Assembly (NCBI RefSeq): GCF_018977255.1
Contig: NW_024704742.1
Location: 54,624,001-54,688,000, forward strand
DNA from: Callorhinchus milii
Taxonomy: Eukaryota
DNA length: 64,000 nt
Reading direction: 5' to 3'
Shown: positions 62,706-64,000 of the stretch, piece after piece
Numbering within the stretch: position 1 is the first letter of the stretch
How the letters are laid out: every line of letters begins with the position of its first letter
Translations under genes and position numbers: made by a program
The notes under the pieces: generated by a model
What the model was told of the DNA's origin: nothing
The model's input: only the letters and a program-made list of their open reading frames with translations
Database searches by the model: none

Positions 62706-63724
62706 GTACATGGATACAGTAGTTCCAGCAGCTGTTGACAAGTTTTATATTGTGCCACAAGACTTATTCTATTACCTCCATCTCCATTACTTTCTTCTGG
62801 TTCCTTCAGAACTGCCTATCTGCCACATAGCATCCCTCCACTGACACCTTTCCGTGGCACCAAAAAATCAAACAAAAGTTACACATTTCCTGGGGATATA
62901 ACTTACAAGTGAGATCAGATATCTCAGCCTAATAGCCTCTGTATGGAGAATACCAAGGATGTAAGAGTTCAGGTTCCTGCATTGAACCTACTGCAATTCT
63001 CACATTCTGAGAATTTGCTATTGAGCTTATCTATAACTTTTGCCGATGAATCACACTACATACAATTAAGTCACAGCTTTGCCTCCAGTACACCAGGGCG
63101 GAGGTTCTGGAGGCTGCCAGAACCTTGAAAAATCCCAATGAAGCTCCTGGACTCTATACAATGCCTATTTATGGCTAGTGTAAGCAGGGTCCTCTGCAAT
63201 CCACAGACCTAACAGTTCTTATTGTGTTCAGCAACAAGGTATCATAGTTTCACATCCCCACAATAAACTTGTGATTGAAGTTCAGTGGAACCTTTAATAA
63301 TCTGAGGCAGTGATGTACAGTGTGTACCTGGAGCTGAGAAAACACCAAGAGGCCCTTTCTTTAGAGGCCCACCTACTCTGTAATTACACGACCCCAACCC
63401 ATGCAACACTGCCTACCCCAATAAGAGCTCCAAGACAGCAGACAACAGGAAAACCCCTGACCTGGACCACCCATCTAAAGACCCCAGCAATCATACACTG
63501 CTTCAATCCCCACCCATGCCAAACCCCCAACCTACCAGGAAATTGAAAGGAATAGAACAATATGAACTCCTCACTGTGCATCTTTGCATGTAGCTACCTG
63601 CAAGCACCCTGTAACCTATGGCGTATCATGACCAAAGACCACATGTAAATCTTCATTAACTCAATGATAAGTGATATTCTTACCTTTACAGTAGTTTATT
63701 TCTTTGATGTGTGTGGAGATGTGT

Positions 63725-64000
63725 GTGGCTCCCCATCCCTCAGAGAATCGAATTCAAGATCCTTGTCCTCACTTTCAAGGCCATCCATGGCCTTGCGCCC
63801 TCCTACCTCTCTGACCTGCTGACTCCCTACCAACCTGCCCACTCCCTCCATTCTGCGGGCTCCGGCTTGCTCCATGTCTCCCGCCCTACCATCAGTGGCC
63901 GGGCTTTCAGTCTCTCTGCCCCCGAACTCTGGAACTCCATCCCATAGTCCCTTTGCCTCGCTTCCTCCCTTGCCTCCTTCAAGGCCGGTCTCAAGACCCT
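63725..64000 (+). mobile_element. L2 3' fragment running off the window end
   Basis: Encodes WLPIPQRIEFKILVLTFKAIHGLAPSYLSDLL...GRAFSLSAPELWNSIP. Confidence 0.92.

Noticed and set aside
63102..63125. 9-bp hairpin AGGTTCTGG/CCAGAACCT
   Set aside because: No CTRR Helitron end or other context. Likely chance.
1..64000. Most short ORFs in the supplied track as host genes
   Set aside because: No recognisable domains. Many are antisense or off-frame readings of LINE/SINE copies or low-complexity sequence, and no consistent exon chain was found.

Overview
AT-rich, repeat-dense vertebrate non-coding DNA (intergenic or deep intron). I recognise no host protein-coding exon. The repeat complement is CR1 and L2 LINEs, L2-tailed tRNA-derived SINEs, Deu-domain SINEs and a Penelope-type tail, which points by inference to a cartilaginous fish, possibly a chimaera. 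The largest feature is a young, nearly full-length CR1 LINE on the minus strand (about 8831-13815) with an ORF1 remnant and an APE+RT ORF2. It is interrupted by three nested L2-family insertions whose exact removal restores the reading frame. The best leads are: (i) a complete 570-bp non-autonomous Helitron with textbook termini (2018-2587); (ii) a 141-bp Penelope-type insert with a perfect 14-bp TSD and a minimal hammerhead-ribozyme core (41172-41312); (iii) an unclassified A-tailed repeat in at least 7 copies with a terminal stem-loop; (iv) an L2/SINE shared 3' stem-loop with a compensatory change; (v) ancient SINEs resembling LF-SINE, AmnSINE2 and DeuSINE; (vi) a convergent pair of CTCF-like motifs. 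Family names come from recalled consensus features and need a Dfam/Repbase check. Boundaries of old repeats are approximate.
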